Below are positions 41,018 to 50,726 of a stretch of DNA of 64,000 nt, piece by piece. The translations under genes were made by a program, and so were the position numbers. Origin of the DNA: Candidatus Limnocylindrales bacterium (GTDB lineage Bacteria > Moduliflexota > Moduliflexia > Moduliflexales > JAUQPW01); contig DATMBG010000022.1 in assembly GCA_035559535.1 (NCBI GenBank), positions 1 through 64,000 on the forward strand, given 5' to 3'. Below the pieces are notes generated by a model. It was given only the letters and a program-made list of their open reading frames with translations. It was not told where the DNA came from and did not search any database. Within the stretch, counting starts at the first letter, position 1; the number at the start of each line of letters is the position of its first letter.

Positions 41018-41599
41018 ACAACACCTCTCCTCTTCGTATAGAGAACCAGAGAGACTTTCCTAAGGCAAGGTGGTACATGGGGTACAACCGAGAGATTTAA
41101 AAAGGGAAATTTTAAATCTTTTTGGAAAAAAGTGAAATTCACACCTCCCTGGAGAAAAGCTGTACCTTTTGTTCCTTACACTGCCCTAAAAAAGAGGTCC
41201 CTGGAGTCAATAAGGGTAACAAACATGGTCTCCTGTTTTCCATATCCTACGATATGAGTTTGAAGGTAAAAATTTTTTTTAGTCAAGGAAATTTTCCATC
41301 CACCTTAAAGGTTTCTCAGAATTGAGGGATGGTTGTGGGTTAGTTCGCGAACTGATACCATCTTCGCCTTTTGAGTCTCAAGATTAACCAAAAAGGGTAG
41401 GAATCTTGTGAATCCTGTTGGTCCAGAGTAGAACTCCGGGTTCATAGAGAGGAAATAGGGGAAGGGTTGGGATGGGTTTGAAAGAAATAAACTGAGAAGG
41501 ACCTTCCGTTGTGGGTCTCAATGGAAGTCTCGGTGGGTTTCAATAATCGCTTCTCTGGATGGCTCCTTTCAACAGATTAATAATTCCAAAGCCGGAGTT

Positions 41600-42592
41600 T
41601 CAACCAAGATGCTCAAAATCCACCAGGGCCTTAAATTCTCGGAATCTTGTTATAATCTCCTCTTCGCTTAATTTATCGAGCCGTTTTAAGCTAAAATCCT
41701 CTACATTAAAGGAAGCGATGGTACTTCCAAAGATAATAGCCTGTCGAAGGCTGGCCTCATCGATCCGATTAACCTTGGAGAGATATCCCATAAATCCTCC
41801 GGCAAAACTATCTCCGGCACCAGTAGGATCAAAGACAGATTCTAGAGGATAAGCCGGAGCGGCAAAGACGGAAGAAAGGGAGAATAAAGGTGTAGAAGGA
41901 GAGGAGTTTTCTCGCTCCTCTCCCCTTCCCTTCTCCTGTTTTCCCATCCCTTCATTTCTCTTAAACATAAGCACACCATATTCCCCCCGTTTAATAATAA
42001 GGGTATGGGGTCCCCAGGAGAGGATTTTTCTAGCGGCTTTGACGATGTTGGGTTCCTGGGCTAGCTGGCGGGTTTCTGCATCGTTGATGATGAGAATATC
42101 AACCTCCTGGAGGGTTCGCTTCAAAGCTTCTGGCTTACCTGCAATCCAAAAGTTCATGGTATCACAGGCAACGAGTTTAGGTCGTTCAATTTGATGAAGG
42201 ACATCTCGCTGCAGGTCCGGATCAATATTGGCCAGGAAAACATACTCGATCTTTCGGTATTCTTCCGGAATTTGGGGTTTGAAGGTTTGCAAAACATTCA
42301 GTTGGGTATCCAACGTATGGGCTTCATTTAAATCATAATCATATTGCCCTTTCCATCGAAACGTTTTCCCTTTTTCCCGTTGCAATCCTTTGAGATCAAT
42401 ACGATGGCGCTGGAGGAGCTCCATATACTCTGCCGGAAAATCTTCGCCAACCACCGTAACCAGATGGACCTCTGTAAAATAACTGGCAGCTACTGAAAAG
42501 TAAGTGGCCGACCCACCGAGAACTTCCTCTACCTCCCCAAAGGGGGTTTTGACCGTATCCAGGGCAACAGTACCGACGACCAGCAGACTCAT
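41600..42592 (-). CDS. PfkB family carbohydrate/nucleoside kinase with a ~27-aa low-complexity insertion
   Basis: LGGSATY, INDAE and DPTGAGDSFAGG motifs. Confidence 0.9.
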   Translation of the reverse strand: MSLLVVGTVALDTVKTPFGEVEEVLGGSATYFSVAASYFTEVHLVTVVGEDFPAEYMELLQRHRIDLKGLQREKGKTFRWKGQYDYDLNEAHTLDTQLNVLQTFKPQIPEEYRKIEYVFLANIDPDLQRDVLHQIERPKLVACDTMNFWIAGKPEALKRTLQEVDILIINDAETRQLAQEPNIVKAARKILSWGPHTLIIKRGEYGVLMFKRNEGMGKQEKGRGEERENSSPSTPLFSLSSVFAAPAYPLESVFDPTGAGDSFAGGFMGYLSKVNRIDEASLRQAIIFGSTIASFNVEDFSLKRLDKLSEEEIITRFREFKALVDFEHLG

Positions 42593-42615
42593 TTTTAAAG
42601 GTCTCTACAGGATTC

Positions 42616-42670
42616 CTAAAGTGCCTGAAGTTTTTAAGTATCTCTTAATAGCTCACTTCAGGCACTTTAG
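42616..42670. repeat. Perfect 16-bp inverted repeat built from 9-mer units, between gltB and the PfkB gene
   Basis: CTAAAGTGCCTGAAGT ... ACTTCAGGCACTTTAG. Confidence 0.65.
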
Positions 42671-42675
42671 ACATT

Positions 42676-45600
42676 TTAGCTACTTAGAACGGGTGCTTTA
42701 AAACTCAGTTGTCCGCTTTCGTGACGAGAGAGATAGGGTTTTGGTTTGGCTCCGGACTGTTTGGGAACCACTTTCCAGAATAAAGGTTGATACTGATCCC
42801 ATTTGGTCAGAATATTTCGGGCATGCTGGCTATGGGTCAGTTGCACGTGGCGACTGATCAGGATCTGAAGGGTAGCCACATCCTCGCTATCCTGAACTTT
42901 TTCCAGGGTGACCAATTCCGGGTTGTATTTCTTTGGAAACTCTCCTTTAGGATCAAATACATAAGCCAGTCCACCCGTCATGCCGGCACCGAAATTCCTA
43001 CCGGTTTCTCCCAAAACCACCACAATACCTCCGGTCATATACTCACAGCCATGGTCTCCAACCCCTTCGATAACAGCTAAAGCCCCACTATTCCGAACGG
43101 CAAACCTTTCTCCTGCACGACCCGCTGCGTAGAGACTCCCACCTGTAGCACCGTATAGAACTGTATTACCGATAATGGTGTTTTCATGGCTACTAAAAGC
43201 AGCCTCTGAAGGAGGCATAATGGTAATTTCCCCACCGTGCATCCCCTTACCAACATAATCGTTCGCCTCCCCGATGAGGGTCAATCGCAATCCATCGATG
43301 CAGAATGCTCCGAAGCTCTGACCGGCACTTCCCTGGAATTCACAGTCAATGGTAATACCATTGGGTAATCCTTTGTCTCCGTACCGGTAGGCAATTTCTC
43401 CGGCCACTTTAGCTCCTGTAGCCCGATGCACATTACGAATACGATAGGCAAGCTTGACCGAATTACGGCCATCCAAGGCTTCTTTGGCATCCTGGAGGAT
43501 CTGGTCATCCAGAGGTGCATCTACTTCGTTATATTCAATGATATGGCGAAGGGGTTTCTTACCTGTGGGATCGGCCGGAGCCAGAATTTTACTTAAGTTG
43601 ACCAAAGCCGCTTTGGGGTGATCTGTGATTTTTATTTGCTCCAGAAGATCTGTACGACCGATAATTTCATCTAGTTTTCGGAATCCCAAGGATGCCAGGA
43701 TTCTCCGCACATCTTCGGCCAGGAATTGGAAAAAGTGGACTACCATTTCCGGAGTTCCTTCATACTTGGCGCGTAGTTTGGGATCTTGGGTTGCCACACC
43801 CACCGGACAGGTATTGAGGTGACATTGACGAACCATCTTACAGCCGGCTGCCACCACGGCCCCCGATCCAAACCCATATTCTTCGGCACCCAGCATGGCG
43901 GCAATTACGACATCTCGTGCGGTTTTGAGTCCACCATCCACCCGCACGACAATTTGATGCCTTAACCCGTTCATGACCAGGACCTGTTGTGTTTCTGCAA
44001 GCCCTAATTCCCAGGGGCTTCCGGCATTTTTGATGGAGCTCAGAGGGGAGGCTCCGGTTCCCCCATCATGTCCACTGATCTGAACAATATCGGCTTTGGC
44101 TTTGGCAACCCCTGCGGCAATGGTTCCGACCCCGGCTTCGGCCACGAGTTTGACGGATACTTTCACTCTAGGGTTAACCTGCTTGAGGTCGTAGATGAGT
44201 TGAGCCAGGTCTTCAATACTGTAAATATCATGGTGAGGGGGTGGAGAAATCAGGGTAACACCGGGAACCGAATGTCGGATGGCGGCAATCTCTGCAGAAA
44301 CTTTATGCCCGGGAAGTTGCCCACCTTCCCCCGGTTTGGAGCCCTGGGCAATTTTAATTTCCAATTCCTTGGTAGCCGAAGCCAGGTATTCCGGGGTTAC
44401 ACCAAAACGGCCTGAAGCCACCTGTTTGGTCGTACTATTGGCCCAATCTCCATTGGGGCGTCTTTTATATCGGGCAGGATCTTCTCCTCCCTCCCCACTA
44501 CTCATCTTAGCTCCCAGACGGTTCACGGCAATGGCCAGGGTTTCATGGGTTTCCCGGCTCAGCGCTCCGTGGGACATTCCCGAAATACAAAACCGCTTCC
44601 AGATATTTTCGGCAGGTTCGACTTCTTCCAGGGGGATGGGATTACCCGGCTTGAACCTCAATAAATCCCGAAGGGCCAGAGGCTCTCGGGAGTTGACCAG
44701 TTCGGTATATTTGAGAAACTCCTGAAAATCCCCCTTCTGCACGGCACTGTGGAGGGCTTTAATCATGGGAGGATTAAAGGCATGGGCTTCACCGCCCTTC
44801 TTAAACTTGTATTCTCCTCCATGATCCAATTCTAACTTCTCCACCTTGGCAAAGGCTTCCCGATGACGAGTTATGGCATCCTCGGCCAGTTCCTTTAAGC
44901 CGATACCTCCGATCTGGGAAGGGGTCCCTGTAAAGTAACGATTAATCAATTCCTCGCTTAGCCCAATAGCTTCGAAAATTTGACCTCCATGATAACTGTT
45001 CAGGGTGGAAATACCCATCTTGGACATGACTTTAAGCAACCCTTTGTTAAGGCTGGTTTTATACCGCTTGAGGGCCTGTTCCTCGTCCATATCTTTGATG
45101 ACGCCTCGCCGGACCATATCCCGGATCGTCAGCAAAGTGAGATAAGGATTAATGGCGCTGGCACCATACCCTATCAAAACAGCAAAATGATGGACCTCTC
45201 GAGGTTCTCCTGACTCGACCAGAAGACTGACCTTCATTCGGGTCTTTTCTCGGAGGAGATGGTGGTGGACGGCCCCCACAGCAAGAAGCATAGGAATAGG
45301 CGCATGGGCTTCATCGACCCCTCGATCACTCAAAATAAGCAAAGACTTCCCCTCCGTGATGGATTGACTGGCCTTTTCACACAGGTTATTTAAAGCTTCT
45401 TCCATCCCCTGAGGTCCTTTGGCTACTTCAAAAAGGGTTGATAAGGTAACCGACATTAAAGAAAGATTTTTCTCTCCCACCTGTCGCAGGGTCTCCAGTT
45501 CGTGATCGAGCAGAATAGGACTGGATAGGTGCATGAGCCGGGCATGCTCTTCGGTCTCTTCCAGCATACTTTTGGTTCCACCCAGATACATGCTGAGGGA

Positions 45601-47229
45601 CATAACCAGCTCTTCCCGGAGGTGATCGATGGCCGGATTGGTAACCTGGGCAAAGAGTTGCTTAAAATAAGAATAAAGCAGTTTGGGCTTTTTGGATAAA
45701 ACAGCCAGCGGTGTATCGTCCCCCATAGACCCAACCGGTTCCTTTAATTCGGCCACCATAGGGGTTAGAATGAGGTCTAGATCTTCCGTCGTAAACCAAA
45801 AGGCTTTTTGTTGCCGGAGGAGCTGATTTCGATCAATGTAAGGGGCTTTATCTTCCGGGGGTTTTATATGTTTATCCAAGCGGAATAAATGGCGCTGGAC
45901 CCAATGGGCATAGGGATTCCGATCTCCCATCATGGTTTTGATGTCTTTATTGGTCAAGAGTTTGCCTTTTTTGGTATCTACCGCAATCATTTCACCCGGT
46001 CCAAGACGCCCTTTCTTAATCACAAAGCGATCTTCCAGTTCGAAGACTCCCACTTCCGAGGCCAGTATGAACAGGCCATTGTCGGTAAGTTTATAACGAG
46101 CCGGTCTCAATCCATTCCGATCCAGGGTTGCTCCTACAAAAGTACCATCGCTAAAGGCAATGGCCGCAGGCCCATCCCAGGCCTCCGTGATGCAGGCATG
46201 GTACTCATAAAAGGCCCGATGCTGAGGATCCATATTGGGCATATTTTCCCAGGGCTCAGGAATGAGCATCATCTTAGAATGCAAGATATTCCGGCCCGAC
46301 ATGACCAAGAGTTCTAGTACATTATCTAATTTCGCAGAATCACTCCCTCCAGGTTGAATAACCGGTTTAAGTTTCTCAATCCGATCCCCCCATATCGAAG
46401 ACTCCAGTACGGCCTCTTTGGCATTCATCCAGTTTTCATTCCCTCGCAAGGTGTTAATCTCACCATTGTGGGCCAGCATACGAAACGGCTGGGCCAGGAA
46501 CCAGGTAGGAAAGGTATTGGTGCTATATCTCTGGTGAAAGACAGCCAAAGCCGTCTCGTAATGGGGATTACGAAGATCCAGATAATAGTGAGCCAATTGA
46601 GAGGCTACCAAAAGACCTTTATACACAATGGTCTTATGAGAAAATGAAGGAATGTAAAAATCGTTTATATTGGCCTCTCGAACCCGCCGCTCGATTTCCT
46701 TTCGAGCCAGATAAAGGGTCCTTTCATATTCCATGTCATCCAGTGACATGGCAATAGGCCTTCCAATCAGGAGTTGCTCGATATAAGGCTCGGTATTAAA
46801 AGCTTTTTCTCCCAAAGCCGATGGATCGGTTGGAACTGCCCTCCAACCAAAAATGTAAAGTCCGTACTGCGCCGCTACTTCCTCGATAATCTGGCGACAT
46901 TTTCTTCGACTTTCCAGCTCCCTGGGAAAGAAAATCATTCCTACGGCCAGATCCGAGTCTTTGGTGATCCGATATTCCAACCGTCCCAGGTCTCTTTGCA
47001 AAAGCTTCGTGGGAATCTGGGTGAGAACACCCGCACCGTCTCCTGTCTTCTGATCGGCATCAACGCCTCCTCGATGGGTGAGGTTGCTCACACATCTCAA
47101 GGCATTTTCCAGGATATCGTAACTTCGATTGCCTGAAATATCAGCAACAAACCCGACCCCACAGGCATCATGTTCATAGTCGGGTCTGTAGAGGAGATTT
47201 TGGGAGTAATACTCAGGTATTGAATTCAT
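42676..47229 (-). CDS. gltB: Glutamate synthase large subunit
   Basis: HDACGVGF Ntn Cys, HQRYSTNT, QVASGRFGV, AQGSKPGEGGQLPG, CKMVRQCHLNTCPVG (3Fe-4S) and GXGXG repeats. Confidence 0.96.
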   Translation of the reverse strand: MNSIPEYYSQNLLYRPDYEHDACGVGFVADISGNRSYDILENALRCVSNLTHRGGVDADQKTGDGAGVLTQIPTKLLQRDLGRLEYRITKDSDLAVGMIFFPRELESRRKCRQIIEEVAAQYGLYIFGWRAVPTDPSALGEKAFNTEPYIEQLLIGRPIAMSLDDMEYERTLYLARKEIERRVREANINDFYIPSFSHKTIVYKGLLVASQLAHYYLDLRNPHYETALAVFHQRYSTNTFPTWFLAQPFRMLAHNGEINTLRGNENWMNAKEAVLESSIWGDRIEKLKPVIQPGGSDSAKLDNVLELLVMSGRNILHSKMMLIPEPWENMPNMDPQHRAFYEYHACITEAWDGPAAIAFSDGTFVGATLDRNGLRPARYKLTDNGLFILASEVGVFELEDRFVIKKGRLGPGEMIAVDTKKGKLLTNKDIKTMMGDRNPYAHWVQRHLFRLDKHIKPPEDKAPYIDRNQLLRQQKAFWFTTEDLDLILTPMVAELKEPVGSMGDDTPLAVLSKKPKLLYSYFKQLFAQVTNPAIDHLREELVMSLSMYLGGTKSMLEETEEHARLMHLSSPILLDHELETLRQVGEKNLSLMSVTLSTLFEVAKGPQGMEEALNNLCEKASQSITEGKSLLILSDRGVDEAHAPIPMLLAVGAVHHHLLREKTRMKVSLLVESGEPREVHHFAVLIGYGASAINPYLTLLTIRDMVRRGVIKDMDEEQALKRYKTSLNKGLLKVMSKMGISTLNSYHGGQIFEAIGLSEELINRYFTGTPSQIGGIGLKELAEDAITRHREAFAKVEKLELDHGGEYKFKKGGEAHAFNPPMIKALHSAVQKGDFQEFLKYTELVNSREPLALRDLLRFKPGNPIPLEEVEPAENIWKRFCISGMSHGALSRETHETLAIAVNRLGAKMSSGEGGEDPARYKRRPNGDWANSTTKQVASGRFGVTPEYLASATKELEIKIAQGSKPGEGGQLPGHKVSAEIAAIRHSVPGVTLISPPPHHDIYSIEDLAQLIYDLKQVNPRVKVSVKLVAEAGVGTIAAGVAKAKADIVQISGHDGGTGASPLSSIKNAGSPWELGLAETQQVLVMNGLRHQIVVRVDGGLKTARDVVIAAMLGAEEYGFGSGAVVAAGCKMVRQCHLNTCPVGVATQDPKLRAKYEGTPEMVVHFFQFLAEDVRRILASLGFRKLDEIIGRTDLLEQIKITDHPKAALVNLSKILAPADPTGKKPLRHIIEYNEVDAPLDDQILQDAKEALDGRNSVKLAYRIRNVHRATGAKVAGEIAYRYGDKGLPNGITIDCEFQGSAGQSFGAFCIDGLRLTLIGEANDYVGKGMHGGEITIMPPSEAAFSSHENTIIGNTVLYGATGGSLYAAGRAGERFAVRNSGALAVIEGVGDHGCEYMTGGIVVVLGETGRNFGAGMTGGLAYVFDPKGEFPKKYNPELVTLEKVQDSEDVATLQILISRHVQLTHSQHARNILTKWDQYQPLFWKVVPKQSGAKPKPYLSRHESGQLSFKAPVLSS

Positions 47230-47469
47230 AGTCTGGTGGTTCCTTGCTTTTACAAGCTATTGTAGTAAATACTACCCACGCAATACACACTATGGTGGCG
47301 CATTTATTTTTTATAGCGACTAACGAGTAGCCTTTAATTTATAAAATCGCCTACTTTTTGGGATAAGTTCCAAGATGGGGGTTAATTTAAAGCCTGCTAC
47401 GAGGCCACTCTCTCAATCCAGGAGAGATCCCATCTCGGTTAACTTTTGACAAAAAATAGACGTCTTTCT

Positions 47470-47499
47470 AAACTAAAATAAAGTTATAAAATTTGTCAA
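47470..47499 (-). promoter_or_regulatory. Possible sigma70 promoter for gltB (implies a ~235-nt leader)
   Basis: Minus strand TTGACA-N18-TAGTTT. Confidence 0.4.
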
Positions 47500-47529
47500 G
47501 GGGAATTTCCAAGAAGACCGATCTTATGG

Positions 47530-48552
47530 TTAGCGATCTTGATACATTTTTTGGTAGTACGCCCGGTATTCTCCCGATTTGATTTTATACCACCAGTCTG
47601 CATGCTCGAGATACCATCGGATGGTTAATTTGAGACCCCCGGTGAAGTCATAGCAGGGTCTCCAGTCTAATTCTCTTTGAATTTTGCTGGAGTCTATAGC
47701 ATAGCGCCGATCATGTCCAGGCCTGTCCTTCACAAATCGAATCAGAGACTCGGGTTTATTCAACTCCTGTAATATCAATCTTACAATTTCCAGGTTGGTT
47801 TTTTCGTTACCCCCTCCGATATTATAAATCTCTCCCGGTTTACCCCTCTGCATAACCGCATCAATCGCCCTGCAGTGATCCTCTACGTATAACCAATCCC
47901 TTACATGCAGGCCATCTCCGTATACCGGAAGCTCTTTTCCTTCTAAGGCATTGGAAATCATCAATGGGATGAGCTTCTCCGGAAACTGATAGGGACCGTA
48001 ATTATTGGAACAGCGGGTTATGTTCACATTTAATCCGAAGGTTTTGTAATAAGCCCGTACCAAGAGATCTGCCGATGCTTTGCTGGCAGAATAAGGACTG
48101 TTCGGAGCTAAGGGAGATATTTCGGTAAAATAACCTTCTTTGTCCAGGGATCCATACACTTCATCGGTGGATATTTGAATGTACTTTTTCACCCCATATT
48201 TTTTTGCCGCCTCAAGGAGAACCTGGGTTCCTAAGACGTTGGTCCGAACAAAAATTCCAGGATCGGTGATACTCCTATCTACATGGGATTCTGCCGCAAA
48301 GTTTATGAGATAATCCACACCACCGGCAACGATTTCCTCCACAAGTTTTTCATCACAGATATCCCCTTTGATAAAGGTATAGTTCGGATGATTCTCAACG
48401 CTTTTGAGATTATCTAAATTGCCGGCATAGGTGAGTTTGTCTAAATTGATGATGTGAAATTGGGGATACTTTTCGAGGAGATACAATACAAAATTACTGC
48501 CGATAAAACCGGCACCACCTGTAACAAGTACGGTTACATCCTGTCCTTTCAT
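47530..48552 (-). CDS. rfbB: dTDP-glucose 4,6-dehydratase
   Basis: TGGAGFIGSNF, LDKLTYAGN, FAAESHVDRSI, STDEVYG, YSASK and DRPGHDRRY motifs. Confidence 0.95.
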   Translation of the reverse strand: MKGQDVTVLVTGGAGFIGSNFVLYLLEKYPQFHIINLDKLTYAGNLDNLKSVENHPNYTFIKGDICDEKLVEEIVAGGVDYLINFAAESHVDRSITDPGIFVRTNVLGTQVLLEAAKKYGVKKYIQISTDEVYGSLDKEGYFTEISPLAPNSPYSASKASADLLVRAYYKTFGLNVNITRCSNNYGPYQFPEKLIPLMISNALEGKELPVYGDGLHVRDWLYVEDHCRAIDAVMQRGKPGEIYNIGGGNEKTNLEIVRLILQELNKPESLIRFVKDRPGHDRRYAIDSSKIQRELDWRPCYDFTGGLKLTIRWYLEHADWWYKIKSGEYRAYYQKMYQDR

Positions 48553-48731
48553 CTAATTCAGGGTAAAACATTCGTGGAGACATCAGGTACCAAATCCTGA
48601 CCTATCTGACACATATCTTATCTTCTCCAGATTAAATTTCATAAACCTACTATCTACCGACAAATGCTTTACCCTTCTATTAATAATCCCGATTAATACC
48701 CATAGCAAGTTCCATAAGAAAATATAAACGT

Positions 48732-49256
48732 CTACTTTAGAATCGAAAGTGTAGGCTTCCCAATTGGAAGGTCCTGTTTGCTGGGATCCCACAGAATATA
48801 GACTTTACCGTAGGTTTCTTCGATGCTCTTGACAGTTTTAGCAGCCTCGTCAGCCGAAAGATCTGGAAGTTTGGCATCTACCTTGGGGATCTCTGTTTTA
48901 TGGTAGTGCCAGAGCTTTTTTTCCTTTGCATCGAACTTATTATAAATCTCCGGACCTACAATCACCTCCGTGGCTACCAGCCTGGCATCTGGATTATCAC
49001 TATCGTAAATCTGACATTGCGTCAGACCCCCGGCCACAGGCTTACAGTAATGATGGGCAATCATATCGGATTTACCTGGAAAATGCATTTTCGCATCAAC
49101 GTGAAGAGTCCATCCATCACTGGGTTTGGTTGCCATGGTGGGTTTGTTTTCTTCCATGGCCGCACCCACAGCTATTTGGATAGAATGAATGAGAAAGAAG
49201 CTCAGAAACAGAAATAGAATGAACCCGGTGTTTGGTTTGAAAATCCCTATGCCCAT
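48732..49256 (-). CDS. DUF1264 / oil-body-associated-protein-like protein with signal peptide
   Basis: AHHYCK, QCQIYDSD...ARLVATE and EKKLWHYHKTE motifs; ATG 49256 follows a GGAGG-rich RBS. Confidence 0.75.
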   Translation of the reverse strand: MGIGIFKPNTGFILFLFLSFFLIHSIQIAVGAAMEENKPTMATKPSDGWTLHVDAKMHFPGKSDMIAHHYCKPVAGGLTQCQIYDSDNPDARLVATEVIVGPEIYNKFDAKEKKLWHYHKTEIPKVDAKLPDLSADEAAKTVKSIEETYGKVYILWDPSKQDLPIGKPTLSILK

Positions 49257-49528
49257 AACTTCCCTCCTTCCTCCTTGAATGAAAAAAACAGCTCCTTGAG
49301 TAACCCTCAAGGAGCCATCTTCTTCAGAAGATATTCATCTCAGATGACGAAGAGACCTTACAACCCCTTTATCAAACTTTATCAGTTTGTCAATGTCAAG
49401 AAAAATCAAGAAAAATTTGGATAATTTTTTACTCGCCTGAACAACAGGCATGGAAAAGATAAGACTTCTCTGCAGAGGAAGAGTTATTCCCTTGAGGGAA
49501 GTCGGGGTCTTTGGAATCATTTTGGTAT

Positions 49529-50521
49529 CTATTCCCAGTAGTAGGACTTATATTTTTCATAATATTCAAAGGTCCTCCGAAGACCTTCTTCAAAGGAGAC
49601 TTTGGGTTCCCAGCCTACCGTTTTCTTAAACTTGGTATAATCGGCTATATAGTCACCGATTTCTATACGCTTGTGCTCTTCTGGAAAGGGAACCAGTTCA
49701 TAACTTCCTTCCCCATAAACCTCAATCATTTTTTTGACTAAATCTTCCAGGCTGATGGGAAATCCTCCGAGGTTATAAACCTGACCGTTGGTTTCTTCGC
49801 TGGCCATGGCCATTAGCATGGCTTCTACCACGTCATCCACGTAGTTGGTATCCCGGATTTGTTTCCCATCTCCAAAAATTTTCACCGTTTGCTTATCCAG
49901 AATTTGTCGGATGAACCAGTTAATAACCCCCTGACGGGGGTGTTTCATTTGATGGCGAGGCCCGTAAGTATTGGTAAGTCGCAGGGAAGTTGCCCGCAGG
50001 TTGTAGATTTCGTTATAGAGAATATGATACATTTCACCGGCAACATTGTTGATTCCGTTGACATCGATGGGATGTAGCGGGTGATCTTCATCGATCGGCA
50101 AATACCGGGCTCGACCGTACTGGCCTCGAGTTCCTGCAAAGAGAATTTTGACTTCGGGATTAAATTTTCTACAAGATTCCAGAATGGATAGCTGACTGAC
50201 ACAGTTAATCTCTAAATCCGTAAACGGATCTTTCATGCTATCGGTATGGCTCAGAGTCCCGGCCAGGTTGAAGATGTAATCTTTCTTCTGAACCAGATAG
50301 TTCATACTGGATCTATCTCGCACATCTGAAATATTCACCTTAACCTTGTCTTCTATACCATGGATATTAAAGATATTTCCACCGTATTCAGGAATGAGGG
50401 AATCCACCAGGGTTATACGGGCTCCTAAGGCAGCCAGGCGGTGAGCCAGGGTACTCCCAATAAACCCTAACCCTCCGGTGATCATAACCTCTTTGTTACG
50501 AAAGGCATTGTCGTAGTTCAT
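49529..50521 (-). CDS. NAD-dependent nucleotide-sugar epimerase/dehydratase (extended SDR, atypical active site)
   Basis: ITGGLGFIGS, FNLAG, LRLTNTYGPR and GDGKQIRD motifs. Confidence 0.88.
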   Translation of the reverse strand: MNYDNAFRNKEVMITGGLGFIGSTLAHRLAALGARITLVDSLIPEYGGNIFNIHGIEDKVKVNISDVRDRSSMNYLVQKKDYIFNLAGTLSHTDSMKDPFTDLEINCVSQLSILESCRKFNPEVKILFAGTRGQYGRARYLPIDEDHPLHPIDVNGINNVAGEMYHILYNEIYNLRATSLRLTNTYGPRHQMKHPRQGVINWFIRQILDKQTVKIFGDGKQIRDTNYVDDVVEAMLMAMASEETNGQVYNLGGFPISLEDLVKKMIEVYGEGSYELVPFPEEHKRIEIGDYIADYTKFKKTVGWEPKVSFEEGLRRTFEYYEKYKSYYWE

Positions 50522-50726
50522 GGGAAGAAATAAAACGTAAAAGAGATCTCCTTTAATTTTGGAATTCCCCTTCTATTCTGTGGGCCAGAGGATTTTTAAG
50601 CTTTCCCCTTACACCTCTTCTACGTCGGAATAATAAAATGGCATTTCCAGGTCTTCCTCGGTCTAGCTCTTTAACGTTTTACGTTTTGCCCTTTAATTTT
50701 GTCAAGGGGATTCTGGAGATTTGGCC

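Noticed and set aside
47262-47275. GTA-N8-TAC palindrome (NtcA-like box) upstream of gltB
   Set aside because: Short motif, no evidence the host is a cyanobacterium, and no cognate regulator in view.
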